Source: an uncultured delta proteobacterium (GTDB taxonomy: Bacteria; Desulfobacterota; Binatia; UTPRO1). From it: a stretch of DNA of 64,000 nucleotides. A program made the translations under genes and the position numbers. Every line of letters begins with the position of its first letter. The stretch's first letter is position 1. Shown in pieces: positions 27,664-37,521 of this stretch. Location: NCBI GenBank assembly GCA_963753325.1, contig CAVWBS010000003.1, positions 963,979-1,027,978 of the forward strand. Direction: 5' to 3'. Below the pieces are notes generated by a model. That model did not search any database. It was not told where the DNA came from and worked only from the letters and a program-made list of their open reading frames with translations.

Positions 27664-28664
27664 GATTGCGCGGCCGTCCCCCCGTCGTCCGGCGGAGATT
27701 CCACCGGATGCCACGTCCGGTCGGGATTGAAGAGCTCCATGCTCTTGAACTGTTCCGCCGTGGTGGGACCGAGGTCCTTTTCGTAGACCACGCCGTCGTT
27801 GCTCACGATGAACGTCTTGACGCCGGTCACCCGATACTGCGCGGGCGCCGCGGCGAGCGCAAAACCGCCGATCATGATGCCCTTCACCACGTAGTCCAGG
27901 CGGCCCAGCGGCGCGGCGGGGCCCTGGCCCTTCAAGATCTTGAAGAAGTACCCATGGTAGGGGCTCCCCTTGCCGTAGCCCTGTTCGATCGCCTGCGCGA
28001 CGTTCTCGCCGATCGGCCCGCCCCATGTCCCGTCGGCATTCTTCCAGGCCAGGCCATCCTGCTTTCCCGGCGTGCTGATGATGCGCTGCGCGTACTCGGC
28101 CACGCCGTTGTCGCCGGCCTTCATGACGGCATAGTCGTCCTGGGCCTCCACGTAGCCGTGGCAGATCTGGATGGCGTCGAGCTCGTTTCCGCCGATACGG
28201 CGGTAGAGGATCTCCCGCAGGCCCGCCTTCGAGTCGAAGAGCCACTTGCCGTTGCGATTCACGATCGGCACCGGGAACGGCCAGTCTTCCGCGCCGATCA
28301 CCAGCGAGGCGCGGTCCGGCGTCTGCGGGTCCGTGACGATCGCCTTCTTCTCGCGCGCCTTCGCGACGAACTCCGCCGCCTTCTGCTTCTCGCGCGCGGG
28401 CTCGCCGATGTGGATGATGTCCTTGCCTTCAGGGCCGAGGATCGCGTCGAGGGCGCCGACGTCGTACCTGTCCGCGGCGTCGAGCAGCGCGTCCACCGCG
28501 GCCTGCGGCGAATCGAACGTCTTCTGCGTTGCGGCTCCGGCCGTATCCTGCCCGGGTGCTCCCGCGACCCGGGGCGGGAGCGCCAATAGACACGCGCATA
28601 CGGCTATGAGCGTCCAGGTGACGCTCGTGACGCGATTCGAGCTTGGCAGCGGATTCATGTCCAT
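27660..28664 (-). CDS. DUF2950 family exported protein
   Basis: FDSPQAA, DWPFPVPI, EILYRRIGGNEL, PYHGYFFKIL, YRVTGVKTFIVSNDGVVYEKDLG. Confidence 0.9.
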   Translation of the reverse strand: MDMNPLPSSNRVTSVTWTLIAVCACLLALPPRVAGAPGQDTAGAATQKTFDSPQAAVDALLDAADRYDVGALDAILGPEGKDIIHIGEPAREKQKAAEFVAKAREKKAIVTDPQTPDRASLVIGAEDWPFPVPIVNRNGKWLFDSKAGLREILYRRIGGNELDAIQICHGYVEAQDDYAVMKAGDNGVAEYAQRIISTPGKQDGLAWKNADGTWGGPIGENVAQAIEQGYGKGSPYHGYFFKILKGQGPAAPLGRLDYVVKGIMIGGFALAAAPAQYRVTGVKTFIVSNDGVVYEKDLGPTTAEQFKSMELFNPDRTWHPVESPPDDGGTAAQS

Positions 28665-28697
28665 TCTCCGTTTCCCAGCCATTGGTCCCGGCTCCCT

Positions 28698-30038
28698 CTA
28701 TCGGCGCCGGCCGCCACCGCCGCGGCCGCCACCACCACGGCCGCCGCCGCCACCACCACCACGGCCGCCGCCGCCACCGCCGCGGCTTCCGCCGCCGTAG
28801 CTCGACGCTCCCCGGCTGCTGCTCGCGCGAGCGCTGCTGCCGCTGTAGCCGCTCGAGCCGCCGCCGAAGCCGCCGCGGTCTCCGCCTCCGGACCCTCTCG
28901 ACATGTCCCGGCTGCCGACCCGGTCTGCTCCGCTGGCGCCGCGCCCGCCTCCCATGTCGCGGGTCGAGGCACCGCCGCGGTTGCCGGCGCTTCCGCCTCC
29001 GTAGGTGCTGGGACGATTCCCTCCCTGACCCTGCCGACCCATCTGCTGGCCCTGCTGACCTTGCCGCCCGGTCTGCTGGCGGGCGCTGGCCTGGCGGCTC
29101 GACAACGAGTCGCCGCGCGCGTTTCCGCCGTACTTGTTCGCGGTCGCTCGGTTACTGTACGGCGCGCCGCCGCGGTGCTGCGGATTGTGTTGCCACTTGC
29201 CGTTGTTCGCGTTCCCGCGATTGCCGCTGTTGTTGATGTTGTTGCGATTGAAATTGTTGTTGTTGTTGATCGTGACGTCGTTGTGGCCGCTCCCGCCCCA
29301 ACCGCAGCCGTAGCCCCATCCGCCGCCCCAGGCGGCGCCCATCGCGACCCCGACGCCGAACGACAGCGCCATTCCCGCCGCGTAGTAGCCGGCCGGCGGG
29401 TAGTAGATGGGCGGATACGGATAGACCGGAGCGCCGTAGACGACGACCGGATCGTACGACGGCACGTACACCACCTGCGGGCTCGCCTGCTCGATCACGA
29501 TCACCTGCCGGTTCTCGACGACCTTGGTCTCGACCTTCTGCTGCTGCGTCGTCTTCAGGTTGCCTTTGTCCTCGGCCTTCCTGCGCATGCGCTGCACCGC
29601 CTCCATTACGTCGCTCTGCTGGGCCAGGAAGGCGTTGCCCAGGTCCGTCGTCCATTGGATGTCTTCGGCCAGCCGTTTGACGACGTCGGGAAGCGCCGCC
29701 AGGCCCTGGATGCTCGGGTCCCAGGGTTGCTTCGACACCGCGTCCACCAGGGCTTTGTCCTTCAGGGTCTTGTTCCGCCCGAGCCATTGCTGGAGCTGGA
29801 TGATCTCCAGCGGGTAGGTCGACGCGACGAGCACCTGGCCGAGGAGCGGGTCGGGATAGAGCGCGATCGGCGCTACGAGCGAGTCCAGTTGGTCGGCCGG
29901 GATCTTCGCGGCCTCCTCGTCCGTGGACTCGGCGCGCGCGCTCCGGGGATGAGGCAGCAATCCTGCGGGAACGAGCAACGCCGCGCAAAGCAGCGCCAGC
30001 GAGCTGCGCACGAGATTCCTGAGGCGTCTTGGTTGCAT
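28698..30038 (-). CDS. DUF3300 family exported protein with Gly/Arg-rich disordered tail
   Basis: LDSLVAPIALYPDPLL, WDPSIQGL, LGNAFLAQQSDVM, YVPSYDP; C-terminal GGGRGG runs. Confidence 0.92.
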   Translation of the reverse strand: MQPRRLRNLVRSSLALLCAALLVPAGLLPHPRSARAESTDEEAAKIPADQLDSLVAPIALYPDPLLGQVLVASTYPLEIIQLQQWLGRNKTLKDKALVDAVSKQPWDPSIQGLAALPDVVKRLAEDIQWTTDLGNAFLAQQSDVMEAVQRMRRKAEDKGNLKTTQQQKVETKVVENRQVIVIEQASPQVVYVPSYDPVVVYGAPVYPYPPIYYPPAGYYAAGMALSFGVGVAMGAAWGGGWGYGCGWGGSGHNDVTINNNNNFNRNNINNSGNRGNANNGKWQHNPQHRGGAPYSNRATANKYGGNARGDSLSSRQASARQQTGRQGQQGQQMGRQGQGGNRPSTYGGGSAGNRGGASTRDMGGGRGASGADRVGSRDMSRGSGGGDRGGFGGGSSGYSGSSARASSSRGASSYGGGSRGGGGGGRGGGGGGGRGGGGRGGGGRRR

Positions 30039-30203
30039 GGGGGTCAGCTCCTCCCTCGGGACCGATTCGCCGCAAACATGCTCTTCCGGCGGAGTGCGGG
30101 TCAAGACCGACGGACACCGCAAACGCGGTCCCCGTCCGAGAATCGATCGGACGGGGGTGCAGGTGCCGGCCACCCGCTCCGGCAAGCCGGCACCGCGTCC
30201 CAC

Positions 30204-30641
30204 CTACTCCTTGATCTTCATCTCGATTCCGGACGTCCCCAGCGTGAACTTCACGCCTTTGGTGGTCGATACGAGATCGACGCGGACGCCATTCTGATTC
30301 TTGGCCACAACGGCACTGCCTCCCCCCGCGACGGTCATTCCGGTGCCGACGCTGGTGTAGTTGCCGTTGAAGTCCTCCAGCTTCTTCAAGCCGTACACTT
30401 TCCCCGACGCCGCCAATTTGGTGGCACCGACGTCACCGACGGACAAGCCGCTCACCGAGAGCGGATACTCCTTGCCTTCGTAGGTGAGCGTTCCCTTCGC
30501 CCAGGTGATCCCGACGCCCACCGCGATCGACCCGCCGCTCAGTGCGATCGTCGCATCCGGTTTCTTGTGCTCCTTGCCTTGAGCCACGCCGACGAACGCC
30601 AGCGCGGCGACCATCGTCACTGCCATCGTAATCTTTCGCAC
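30204..30641 (-). CDS. Exported beta-rich protein (DUF1134/EipA-like)
   Basis: AAGGAG RBS, GTG start, signal peptide, GSIAVGVG...GTLTYEGK...NQNGVRV pattern. Confidence 0.65.
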   Translation of the reverse strand: MRKITMAVTMVAALAFVGVAQGKEHKKPDATIALSGGSIAVGVGITWAKGTLTYEGKEYPLSVSGLSVGDVGATKLAASGKVYGLKKLEDFNGNYTSVGTGMTVAGGGSAVVAKNQNGVRVDLVSTTKGVKFTLGTSGIEMKIKE

Positions 30642-30738
30642 GATCCGCTCCTTTTGGCCGTACGGATTCGAGTTCGGCCTTGGTGTATGGTTACGTCTGC
30701 GAACGTTAGGCGACGCAGGGATTTTCGCAAGGTGTCCC

Positions 30739-30755
30739 CTTGCCATTTGGCGCCA
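30739..30755 (-). promoter_or_regulatory. TGGCGC-N4-TGGCAAG motif, copy 1
   Basis: Minus strand TGGCGCCAAATGGCAAG, about 100 bp upstream of the DUF1134-like/DUF3300/DUF2950 cluster. Confidence 0.55.
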
Positions 30756-30820
30756 TGAACCGACGCGCGCGCTTGCGTTCCGGGCCCGATCCGGGCTGGC
30801 TGGCGCTGGGAGAATACGTG

Positions 30821-31891
30821 ATGGAGCGAGCCCGATCCGTGGACGTGACGCGCGTGACGCTCCAGGTGCTCGCGATCGGCATCCTGATCGTCAGCACCTT
30901 CTGGATCCTCCGCCCCTTCCTCGTCGCCTTCACCTGGGCGGCGACGATCGTGATCTCCACGTGGCCGGTCCTGCTGCGCCTGCAACGCATGCTGGGTGGC
31001 CGGCGCTCGTTCGCGGTCGCGATCATGACGGCGGCGTTGACGTTTACCCTCGTGCTGCCGCTCTTCTTTGGCATCACGACGATCGTACAGAACGTGCCTC
31101 GTATCGAAGGCTGGACGAAGGCCGTGGCGGCGATGCCGGTTCCGCAGCCGCCCGCGTGGGTCGAAGCCCTACCGCTCGTCGGCGCGAAGCTCGCTGAGCG
31201 TTGGCGCCAGCTCGCGCTCGCCGGCCCGGCGGAGTGGTCGGCGCACCTCCTGCCGCTCGCGCGGCGGCTCGGCCTCTGGTTCGTCGGCCAGGTGGGAAGC
31301 GTGGCGGCAGTGCTCGCGCAGTTCCTGTTGACGGTGGTCTTCAGCGGCATTCTCTACGCGAACGGCGAGCGGGCCGCGGAGGGCGCCGAGCGGTTCGCCG
31401 CACGCCTCGCCGGTGCGCGCGGGAAAGACGTCGTCCACCTGGCCGGGTCCGCGACCCGGGCGGTCGCGCTCGGCGTCGTGGTTACCGCGGTGCTCCAGTC
31501 CGCGCTCGGCGGCGTCGGGCTGGTCGTCGCGGGTGTTCCGTTCGCCATCTTCCTGACCGCGGTGATGTTCGTCCTCGCCATCGCGCAGGTGGGCGCAGGC
31601 CCGGTGCTGATCGGGGCGACCATCTGGGTATACTGGAAGAGCGGCGCGGCCTGGGGCACGGGCTTCCTCGTGTGGGCCGTCTTCTGCGGGGCGCTCGACA
31701 ACCTGGTGCGCCCGATCCTGATCCGGCGCGGAGCCGACCTCCCGTTGCTGCTCATCTTCGCCGGCGTGATCGGCGGTCTCATCGCGTTCGGCATCCTCGG
31801 CCTCTTCGTCGGTCCGGTGCTGCTCGCAGTCGGCTACACGGTCCTCCTCGAGTGGATCTCGGAGCCGCAGCTCGACGAACCGATGCGCTGA
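30821..31891 (+). CDS. ydiK: AI-2E family transporter (YdiK-like)
   Basis: PFLVAFTWAATIVISTWP, ATRAVALGVVVTA, DNLVRPILIRRGADLP, GLFVGPVLLAV. Confidence 0.88.
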   Translation: MERARSVDVTRVTLQVLAIGILIVSTFWILRPFLVAFTWAATIVISTWPVLLRLQRMLGGRRSFAVAIMTAALTFTLVLPLFFGITTIVQNVPRIEGWTKAVAAMPVPQPPAWVEALPLVGAKLAERWRQLALAGPAEWSAHLLPLARRLGLWFVGQVGSVAAVLAQFLLTVVFSGILYANGERAAEGAERFAARLAGARGKDVVHLAGSATRAVALGVVVTAVLQSALGGVGLVVAGVPFAIFLTAVMFVLAIAQVGAGPVLIGATIWVYWKSGAAWGTGFLVWAVFCGALDNLVRPILIRRGADLPLLLIFAGVIGGLIAFGILGLFVGPVLLAVGYTVLLEWISEPQLDEPMR

Positions 31892-31912
31892 GGCCGCACG
31901 CACGTCATTCGT

Positions 31913-31929
31913 TGGCGCAAGTTGGCAAG
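31913..31929 (+). promoter_or_regulatory. TGGCGC-N4-TGGCAAG motif, copy 2
   Basis: TGGCGCAAGTTGGCAAG, intergenic, about 150 bp upstream of the lipoprotein hydrolase. Confidence 0.55.
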
Positions 31930-32087
31930 AAGTCCGTTGGCGGTCCTGACCGTGCTCGGTAGCGTCGGTGTCGTGGGGCAGCCGAGCAGCAGCACGCGTG
32001 GAACTCGACGATATCTTTTCCGCCGCGGAACGTCGTCGTGGGGCCGAGGATTCGTCTCCATTCCACCGCCGTGACATGGGATTGCCG

Positions 32088-33998
32088 ATGAGCCCGCGGC
32101 GGGTATCGTGGTGCGACGGCACCGTCGCGCTGGTCTGCGCGACGGCGCTGCTCGGGGCGTCCGCGTGCGGACCGCCGATTGGCGTAGTGCGGGTCGACGC
32201 GCGGTCGGTGCAGCGCTCGCTCACCTCGAATGTGCTCTCGACGGGGCACGCCAGCGAGTGGAGCCGCAACACGGTGAACGGCTGGGGGCTGCTCGATCTC
32301 TACGAGAAGGACCCGGCAGCGGCCCTCACGGAGCTGCGCGCCATCGTCACCAGCGGCCGGGGCGGCAGCTCCGAGCTCTTCGCGCTCGCCGAGCTGTCGT
32401 TCCTCCATGCGGAAACGGTGAAGGCGAAGCCGTATTACTTCGCGACCGCGGTGTACGCGTACGCATTCCTGACACCCGAGCACGCCGAGGACGCGCCGCG
32501 CGCGGTGGATCCGCGCGTCCGCCTCGCCGCGGATCTCTACAATCGCGCCATCACCCAGGCGTTCAAGGGACCGCACGGCACCGTCGACCTCGCCGCCGGC
32601 CGCTACGCGCTGCCATTCGGCGCCGTTGACGTCACGATCGATCCCACGTCGTTCGATTGGGGCGATCGCCGGCTGACCGACTTCCTTCCGATCGCGGAAT
32701 TCGCCGTGCACGGCATGCGCAACCGCTACCGGTTCCCCGGCGTCGGCGCGCCGCTCGCGGCGCGTGCCGTCCCGCGCCCGGGTGTCGACGTCGACACCAG
32801 CTTCATCGGTCCGTTCGCGCGCGTGGCGGCGACGGCGTTCCTTCGCCTGGAGAACGTGCACGAGGGCATCGTCTCCGGCGAGCTGCGTGCGAGGCTGGAA
32901 CTCTACAGGGCGAGCGACAGCGAGACGGTTGCCGTGAACGGACGCGACGTTCCCCTGGAAATCGAGGAGACCGCGACGATCGCGTCGCAGCTCGGGTCGG
33001 CGTCGCTGATGTGGGAGAACGAACTCTGGGGCTACCTCGGCCGCGGGCCGAGCGGTGTGAAGCTCCCGCTCCTCGTGAGCACGACGCCCTACGATCCGGG
33101 CCGGATCCCCGTCGTCTTCGTTCACGGGACGGCCTCGAGCCCCGGCCGTTGGGCCAACATGGTGAACGACCTGCTCGCCGATCCGTGGATTCGGCGCCGC
33201 TTCCAGTTCTGGTTCTTCATGTACGACACCGGAAACCCGATCGCGTACTCCGCGATGCTTCTGCGGGACAAGCTCACGGACATGGAGGCACGGCTCGATC
33301 CGGAGGGCCGTGATCCCTGTCTGCGACAGATGATCGTGATCGGTCACAGCCAGGGCGGCCTCCTCACGAAGCTCACCGCGGTCGACACCGGTGCGCGTCT
33401 CTGGAACGCCGTGAGCCGTGTGCCGATCGACGACGTGCCGATGTCGGCGGAGACCCGTGAGCTCCTGCGGCATGCGCTTTTCATTGAGCCGCTGCCCTTC
33501 GTCCACCGACTGGTCTTCGTCGCGACCCCGCATCGCGGCAGCTTCGTCGCGGGACAGTGGTTCAGCAGCATGATCAACCGCTGGGTGCGGCTCCCGCGCA
33601 ATCTCCTCGCAAGCTCACGTGACCTGCTGGTGCACGGCCGGGACGTGTTCTACACCGGCCGGACGCTCGGCCGGTTGCCGACGGCGGCGGAGAACATGAC
33701 CGCGGGGAACCCGTTCCTCGAAGGCCTCGCCGCGATTCCGGTGGTCACGTCGGTGCCGTACCACTCGATCATCGCGGTGAAGGGGCCGGGGCCATTTCTG
33801 GAGGGAAACGACGGCGTCGTTGCCTATCGCAGCGCGCACATCGAAGGGGCCGCATCCGAGCTCGTCGTGCGGTCGACGCACTCGACACAGGGCGAGCCGG
33901 CGACGATCCAGGAGGTGCGGCGGATCCTCCACGTGCACGGCGATGCGCTCAGCGCAACCGGTCTCGAGTGCGTGCCCATGAGCCACCGGGTACCCTAA
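32088..33998 (+). CDS. Lipoprotein alpha/beta hydrolase (esterase/lipase family)
   Basis: LLGASAC lipobox, VVFVHGTASS, GHSQGG nucleophile elbow, TPHRGS, DGVVAY, H-ST. Confidence 0.87.
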   Translation: MSPRRVSWCDGTVALVCATALLGASACGPPIGVVRVDARSVQRSLTSNVLSTGHASEWSRNTVNGWGLLDLYEKDPAAALTELRAIVTSGRGGSSELFALAELSFLHAETVKAKPYYFATAVYAYAFLTPEHAEDAPRAVDPRVRLAADLYNRAITQAFKGPHGTVDLAAGRYALPFGAVDVTIDPTSFDWGDRRLTDFLPIAEFAVHGMRNRYRFPGVGAPLAARAVPRPGVDVDTSFIGPFARVAATAFLRLENVHEGIVSGELRARLELYRASDSETVAVNGRDVPLEIEETATIASQLGSASLMWENELWGYLGRGPSGVKLPLLVSTTPYDPGRIPVVFVHGTASSPGRWANMVNDLLADPWIRRRFQFWFFMYDTGNPIAYSAMLLRDKLTDMEARLDPEGRDPCLRQMIVIGHSQGGLLTKLTAVDTGARLWNAVSRVPIDDVPMSAETRELLRHALFIEPLPFVHRLVFVATPHRGSFVAGQWFSSMINRWVRLPRNLLASSRDLLVHGRDVFYTGRTLGRLPTAAENMTAGNPFLEGLAAIPVVTSVPYHSIIAVKGPGPFLEGNDGVVAYRSAHIEGAASELVVRSTHSTQGEPATIQEVRRILHVHGDALSATGLECVPMSHRVP

Positions 33999-34037
33999 TC
34001 GCCAGGGACCATCCGCCGCGGTACAGCCTCGCCGCGA

Positions 34038-34541
34038 ATGATCCGGGCGCGCGCGGACGAGACTCCCGCGCCGGCGGCGACGCCCGGCATGCTGCGCCCA
34101 TTGGCAGCCGCCGCGATCGCGCTGGGCTGCCTCGGTGGCGCATCGATCAACTCGTTCATCGATCATCCGACCGGCGGGTTCCACCTCGCCCACGAGAACT
34201 GGTTCGGGGAACACACGTACGCGGGCGGCGCCGACAAGGTGTCGCATTTCGTTGCGTTCGATCTCATCGCCCGGGAGCTCGCCGGTGTGTATGGCGTGAA
34301 GGGCTACCCGCGCGGCGCGATTCCAGACCGCGAGCGTCAGGTCGGATTCGAACTCGGGTTGAATCTCGGCGAGATGCTGAGCGCCGTGGACGTCACCCGC
34401 GAGAAGTGGTGGGGCTTCCTCGCGCACGTCGTCGCCGACGATTTCCGCATCCCGTACACCGCCGGCGGGTTCCGCTACGACTTGAACCATGCCCGGTGGC
34501 GCGGGCCGAACACCGGTGAGGGTTGCGGCGCATGCCGCTGA
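34038..34541 (+). pseudogene. Probable internally deleted DUF2279/YfiM-like protein
   Basis: WFGEHTYAGGADKVSH start is joined almost directly to a KGYP...RERQVGFELGLN...GFRYDLNH end; the expected middle region appears absent (from recall of homologues). Confidence 0.5.
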
Positions 34542-34575
34542 GCCCCGCACCTCGATGCAACGATCGTCGGCGTCC

Positions 34576-35610
34576 TCAACCGCTCGCGACGAGCCGTGCC
34601 ATGGTCTCTTCCATGCGGACGCGACGGAACGCCCGTGGCGGGCATCCCGCCCAACGTCGGAACGCGCGCGAGAAATGCGCCGGATCGGAGTAGCCGACCC
34701 GCCGCGAGATGTCCCGCAGCGTAGCCGTCCCGTCGGCGAGGAGACGCGCCGCGGCGGCGAACCGCGCGTTCGCGACCAGCTCCGTGTAGCGCGTACCGGC
34801 GTCCTCCAGGCGGCGCTGGAGCGTCCGGGTGCTGGTACCGATCCATCTCGCGACGAAGCGGATGTCGGCGTCGCCGCCCATGAGCGCGGTGCGAACGACC
34901 TGTGTGATCGCCGTGGGAAGGTCGTGGGCGGCCGCGGACGCCATCCAGCGCTCCAGATCTGCGGGCTGCGGCGCCGCGGCCGTCGGCATCGGGAGCGGCC
35001 GACGCAGCAGCGATCGCGGAAACGTGATGGTCCACGTCGGCTGATCGAAGACGAGCCTGCTGCTGCGGAACATCGGGAGGTCGGCGATAGCCCGCGGCAT
35101 CCCTTTCTTGAGATGAATGACCGGCCGCCATTCCGGGGCGGCGATCGATTTCAGGAGCCGCAGCGTCGTGCAGAGCGAGAACTGCTCGGCTTGTTGATGC
35201 CGGTCGTCGAGGTGCGTCGGAAACCGATGCCAGAGCCGTACGGCATTCCCGGTCTCCGTCAGCCAGAAGCTCTCACCCGAGAAGTACGGCCGCGCTATCT
35301 TCGCTGCCGTCGCCAGCGCGTCGCCGAGCGTGGACGCGGCGGCGACGCGACGGCCGAAGAGCCCGAGGCTTTCGAGCGGCGTCGCGTGGCCGGCGCGCGC
35401 CCCGAGCGTCTCGTTGCCGTCGAGGCGGCCGGCGTGATCGAGGAACCGTGCCACCGCCGGATACGGCAGGAGCAGCTCCGGGTCGTCGAAGACGGCCGAC
35501 GGGAGCTGGGCGCTGCGCAGGATCTCGTCGACCCGGACGCCGGAATCCAGGAGGAAGTCGCGTATCGGGATGATCGAGGCGATCCTGATGAGCGGGATGC
35601 GCTGCTTCAT
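34576..35610 (-). CDS. AraC family regulator (Arabinose_bd_2-type ligand domain + HTH_18)
   Basis: STRTLQRRLEDAGTRY and VGYSDPAHFSRAFRRWAGCPP. Confidence 0.9.
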   Translation of the reverse strand: MKQRIPLIRIASIIPIRDFLLDSGVRVDEILRSAQLPSAVFDDPELLLPYPAVARFLDHAGRLDGNETLGARAGHATPLESLGLFGRRVAAASTLGDALATAAKIARPYFSGESFWLTETGNAVRLWHRFPTHLDDRHQQAEQFSLCTTLRLLKSIAAPEWRPVIHLKKGMPRAIADLPMFRSSRLVFDQPTWTITFPRSLLRRPLPMPTAAAPQPADLERWMASAAAHDLPTAITQVVRTALMGGDADIRFVARWIGTSTRTLQRRLEDAGTRYTELVANARFAAAARLLADGTATLRDISRRVGYSDPAHFSRAFRRWAGCPPRAFRRVRMEETMARLVASG

Positions 35611-35903
35611 GCGCGTACCCGCGCGGAAGAGCATTTCGTGTGTCTCGGGCGCATGCCTCCTGAGCAGAGCACGTTGTATGCCGTGTGATCTCGCGAGGGG
35701 GGATCGCGACTTCGTGCATAGATGGCCGGTGAGGGGCTTCCCGCGCCCCGGAAGGTCGCAGCGACCGTTCTCGGGCATGGGAATGGTGCGGGCCAGTCGA
35801 ATCCCTTGCCCGCGGAGAGGTCCCGTGCCCATGCACGTCCGCACGCGAGGAGGCGGCCGATGGGCCCTGAGCCTCTAGGCCATGCGTCGCGTCGTCTCGA
35901 CGC

Positions 35904-36300
35904 CTATCGATCCACGCCGGCGCGCGCGTCCACCAGTGCCTGATCGAAGGCCTCGAGCCGGGTCAGGCCGCGGCGCGGATACTCGAAGTCGAGGATGACG
36001 TAGGGCGTGAGCGCGGTCACGGCGGCGAACGCGATCATGTGCGGCCATTTGCGCCGGGTCCCGGATGCCATAGCCGCGTGGTGCCCACGTCGAACACGGC
36101 GTTCAGGGCCGGCAGAAGCAGGATGGTGCACGGCTGCGGCGCCGCCCTGGCGCACGCCGCGACCGCCTGCGACCAGAGCTCGGTCTGCAGCGCCGTCGAT
36201 TCGGCGAGCGTTTCGCGCGCAGCCTCTATGGTTTGCTGACGATAGCCGGCAATGCGCGCATCGACGTAGCGGCAGGCTCCGATCGCCGACGGCGGGCGCG
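35904..36300 (-). pseudogene. DUF4239 (bestrophin-like) membrane protein remnant
   Basis: YVDARI...LQTELWSQAV...LLPALNAVFDVGTTR in one frame; HMIAFAAVTALT.YVILDFEYPRRG..R..AFDQAL in another; middle helices and N-terminus missing. Confidence 0.7.
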
Positions 36301-36380
36301 TGCCGCCGCCGGTTTGCGCTCGGCGGCGGCACGGCATCGTGGCCGCGGACGTTGCCGGACTCAAGTCCGGCGTGGTGGTA

Positions 36381-37373
36381 TCACCGACCGGCGACGTGCA
36401 GCTCGACGCGCCGGTTCTGCGCGCGTCCGTCGGCGGTCGCATTGCTGGCGACCGGCTGCGACTCGCCCATGCCCCGGAGCGTCATGCGGCTCCGCGCGAT
36501 GCCGCCCCGGGCGAGGTAGTCCGCGACCGCGCGGGCGCGCCGCTCGGAGAGGCGCTGATTGTAGGCGTCGCTGCCGATCGCGTCGGTATGGCCTTCGACC
36601 TCGATGTCGACGTCACGCTCCTCCTCGAGCGTGCGGACGGCCTCGTCGAGGATCGGGCGCGCGTCGGCGCGGATCGCCGCCTTGTCGAAGTCGAAGTTCA
36701 CGCCGCGCAGCACGATCTTCCGCGCCGGCCGCGGCGCAGGCGGCGGGGGTGGCGGCGGGATCTCCGCAGGCGGCGGCGGAGGCGCCGGCTGGAAGACCCG
36801 CTGGAAGGTGAATCCTGCGAGCGCCAGCTGGCGTGCCACGTCCGAGTGCGGCGACGCGACCAGGTTCATGTAGTCGTACCGCCCGAAGAGGCCGACCGTC
36901 GTGTCGCGGACCACCGTGAAGCGCAGGCCGCCGCCGGCGTTGAACCCGGCGCCGTCGTCGCTCATCGGGCCGCTCATGTCACGGTAGTAGCCGCCTTTCG
37001 CCCCCACGTACGTCTCGACGATCCCCGTCGCCAGGGACAGCTCCGGTCCCCCGGTGATGCTGAAGAGGCTGGAGAGGTCGTCGCCGGTTCCGCCGTCGAA
37101 GCGCCCCTTCTGCGTCTCGAAGAACATGAACTGCGGATTCGCGACGATCGACAACGCGAGCTCATCGGTGAGGTCGAATTGATACCCACCCCAGAATCCG
37201 GCCGTGCCCCCAACGTCGTGTTGGACCGTGCGCCGATACTTGTCGAGGGGTATCGCCGCGCCGACGTTGGCGCCGATCACCGGGCCGTCGGCTCGCGCGG
37301 GCACGATCGACGTGAACGACAGCGCGCACGCGAACCCGAACAGGGCCGTCAACAACATCGCTCGTTTGCGCAT
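36381..37373 (-). CDS. OmpA family outer membrane protein (beta-barrel + Pro linker + OmpA_C)
   Basis: Signal peptide, alternating beta strands, PPPPP linker, VNFDFDK, EGHTDAIGSDAYNQRLSERRA, NRRVE. Confidence 0.93.
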   Translation of the reverse strand: MRKRAMLLTALFGFACALSFTSIVPARADGPVIGANVGAAIPLDKYRRTVQHDVGGTAGFWGGYQFDLTDELALSIVANPQFMFFETQKGRFDGGTGDDLSSLFSITGGPELSLATGIVETYVGAKGGYYRDMSGPMSDDGAGFNAGGGLRFTVVRDTTVGLFGRYDYMNLVASPHSDVARQLALAGFTFQRVFQPAPPPPPAEIPPPPPPPAPRPARKIVLRGVNFDFDKAAIRADARPILDEAVRTLEEERDVDIEVEGHTDAIGSDAYNQRLSERRARAVADYLARGGIARSRMTLRGMGESQPVASNATADGRAQNRRVELHVAGR

Positions 37374-37449
37374 AGCCTCCTCCTGTGCCTCTCTTCGTTG
37401 GTGTTCTGCCTAAGCTTTATAATCAAGCGTCCGAGACACAAGGCGCAGT

Positions 37450-37466
37450 CTTGCCATATCGCGCCA
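37450..37466 (-). promoter_or_regulatory. TGGCGC-N4-TGGCAAG motif, copy 3
   Basis: Minus strand TGGCGCGATATGGCAAG, about 77 bp upstream of the OmpA start. Confidence 0.55.
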
Positions 37467-37521
37467 CGACGTCGAGCTTGAGCGGTTGGATCACCCGCGC
37501 GCTTCTGGCAGAAGTTCGAGC

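Noticed and set aside
28704-28800. CCG/CCA-rich simple repeat
   Set aside because: It encodes the Gly-rich tail of DUF3300 and is not an independent element.
30739-30755. Reading TGGCGC-N4-TGGCAAG as a sigma-54 promoter
   Set aside because: GG-to-GC spacing is 9 nt, not the required 10.
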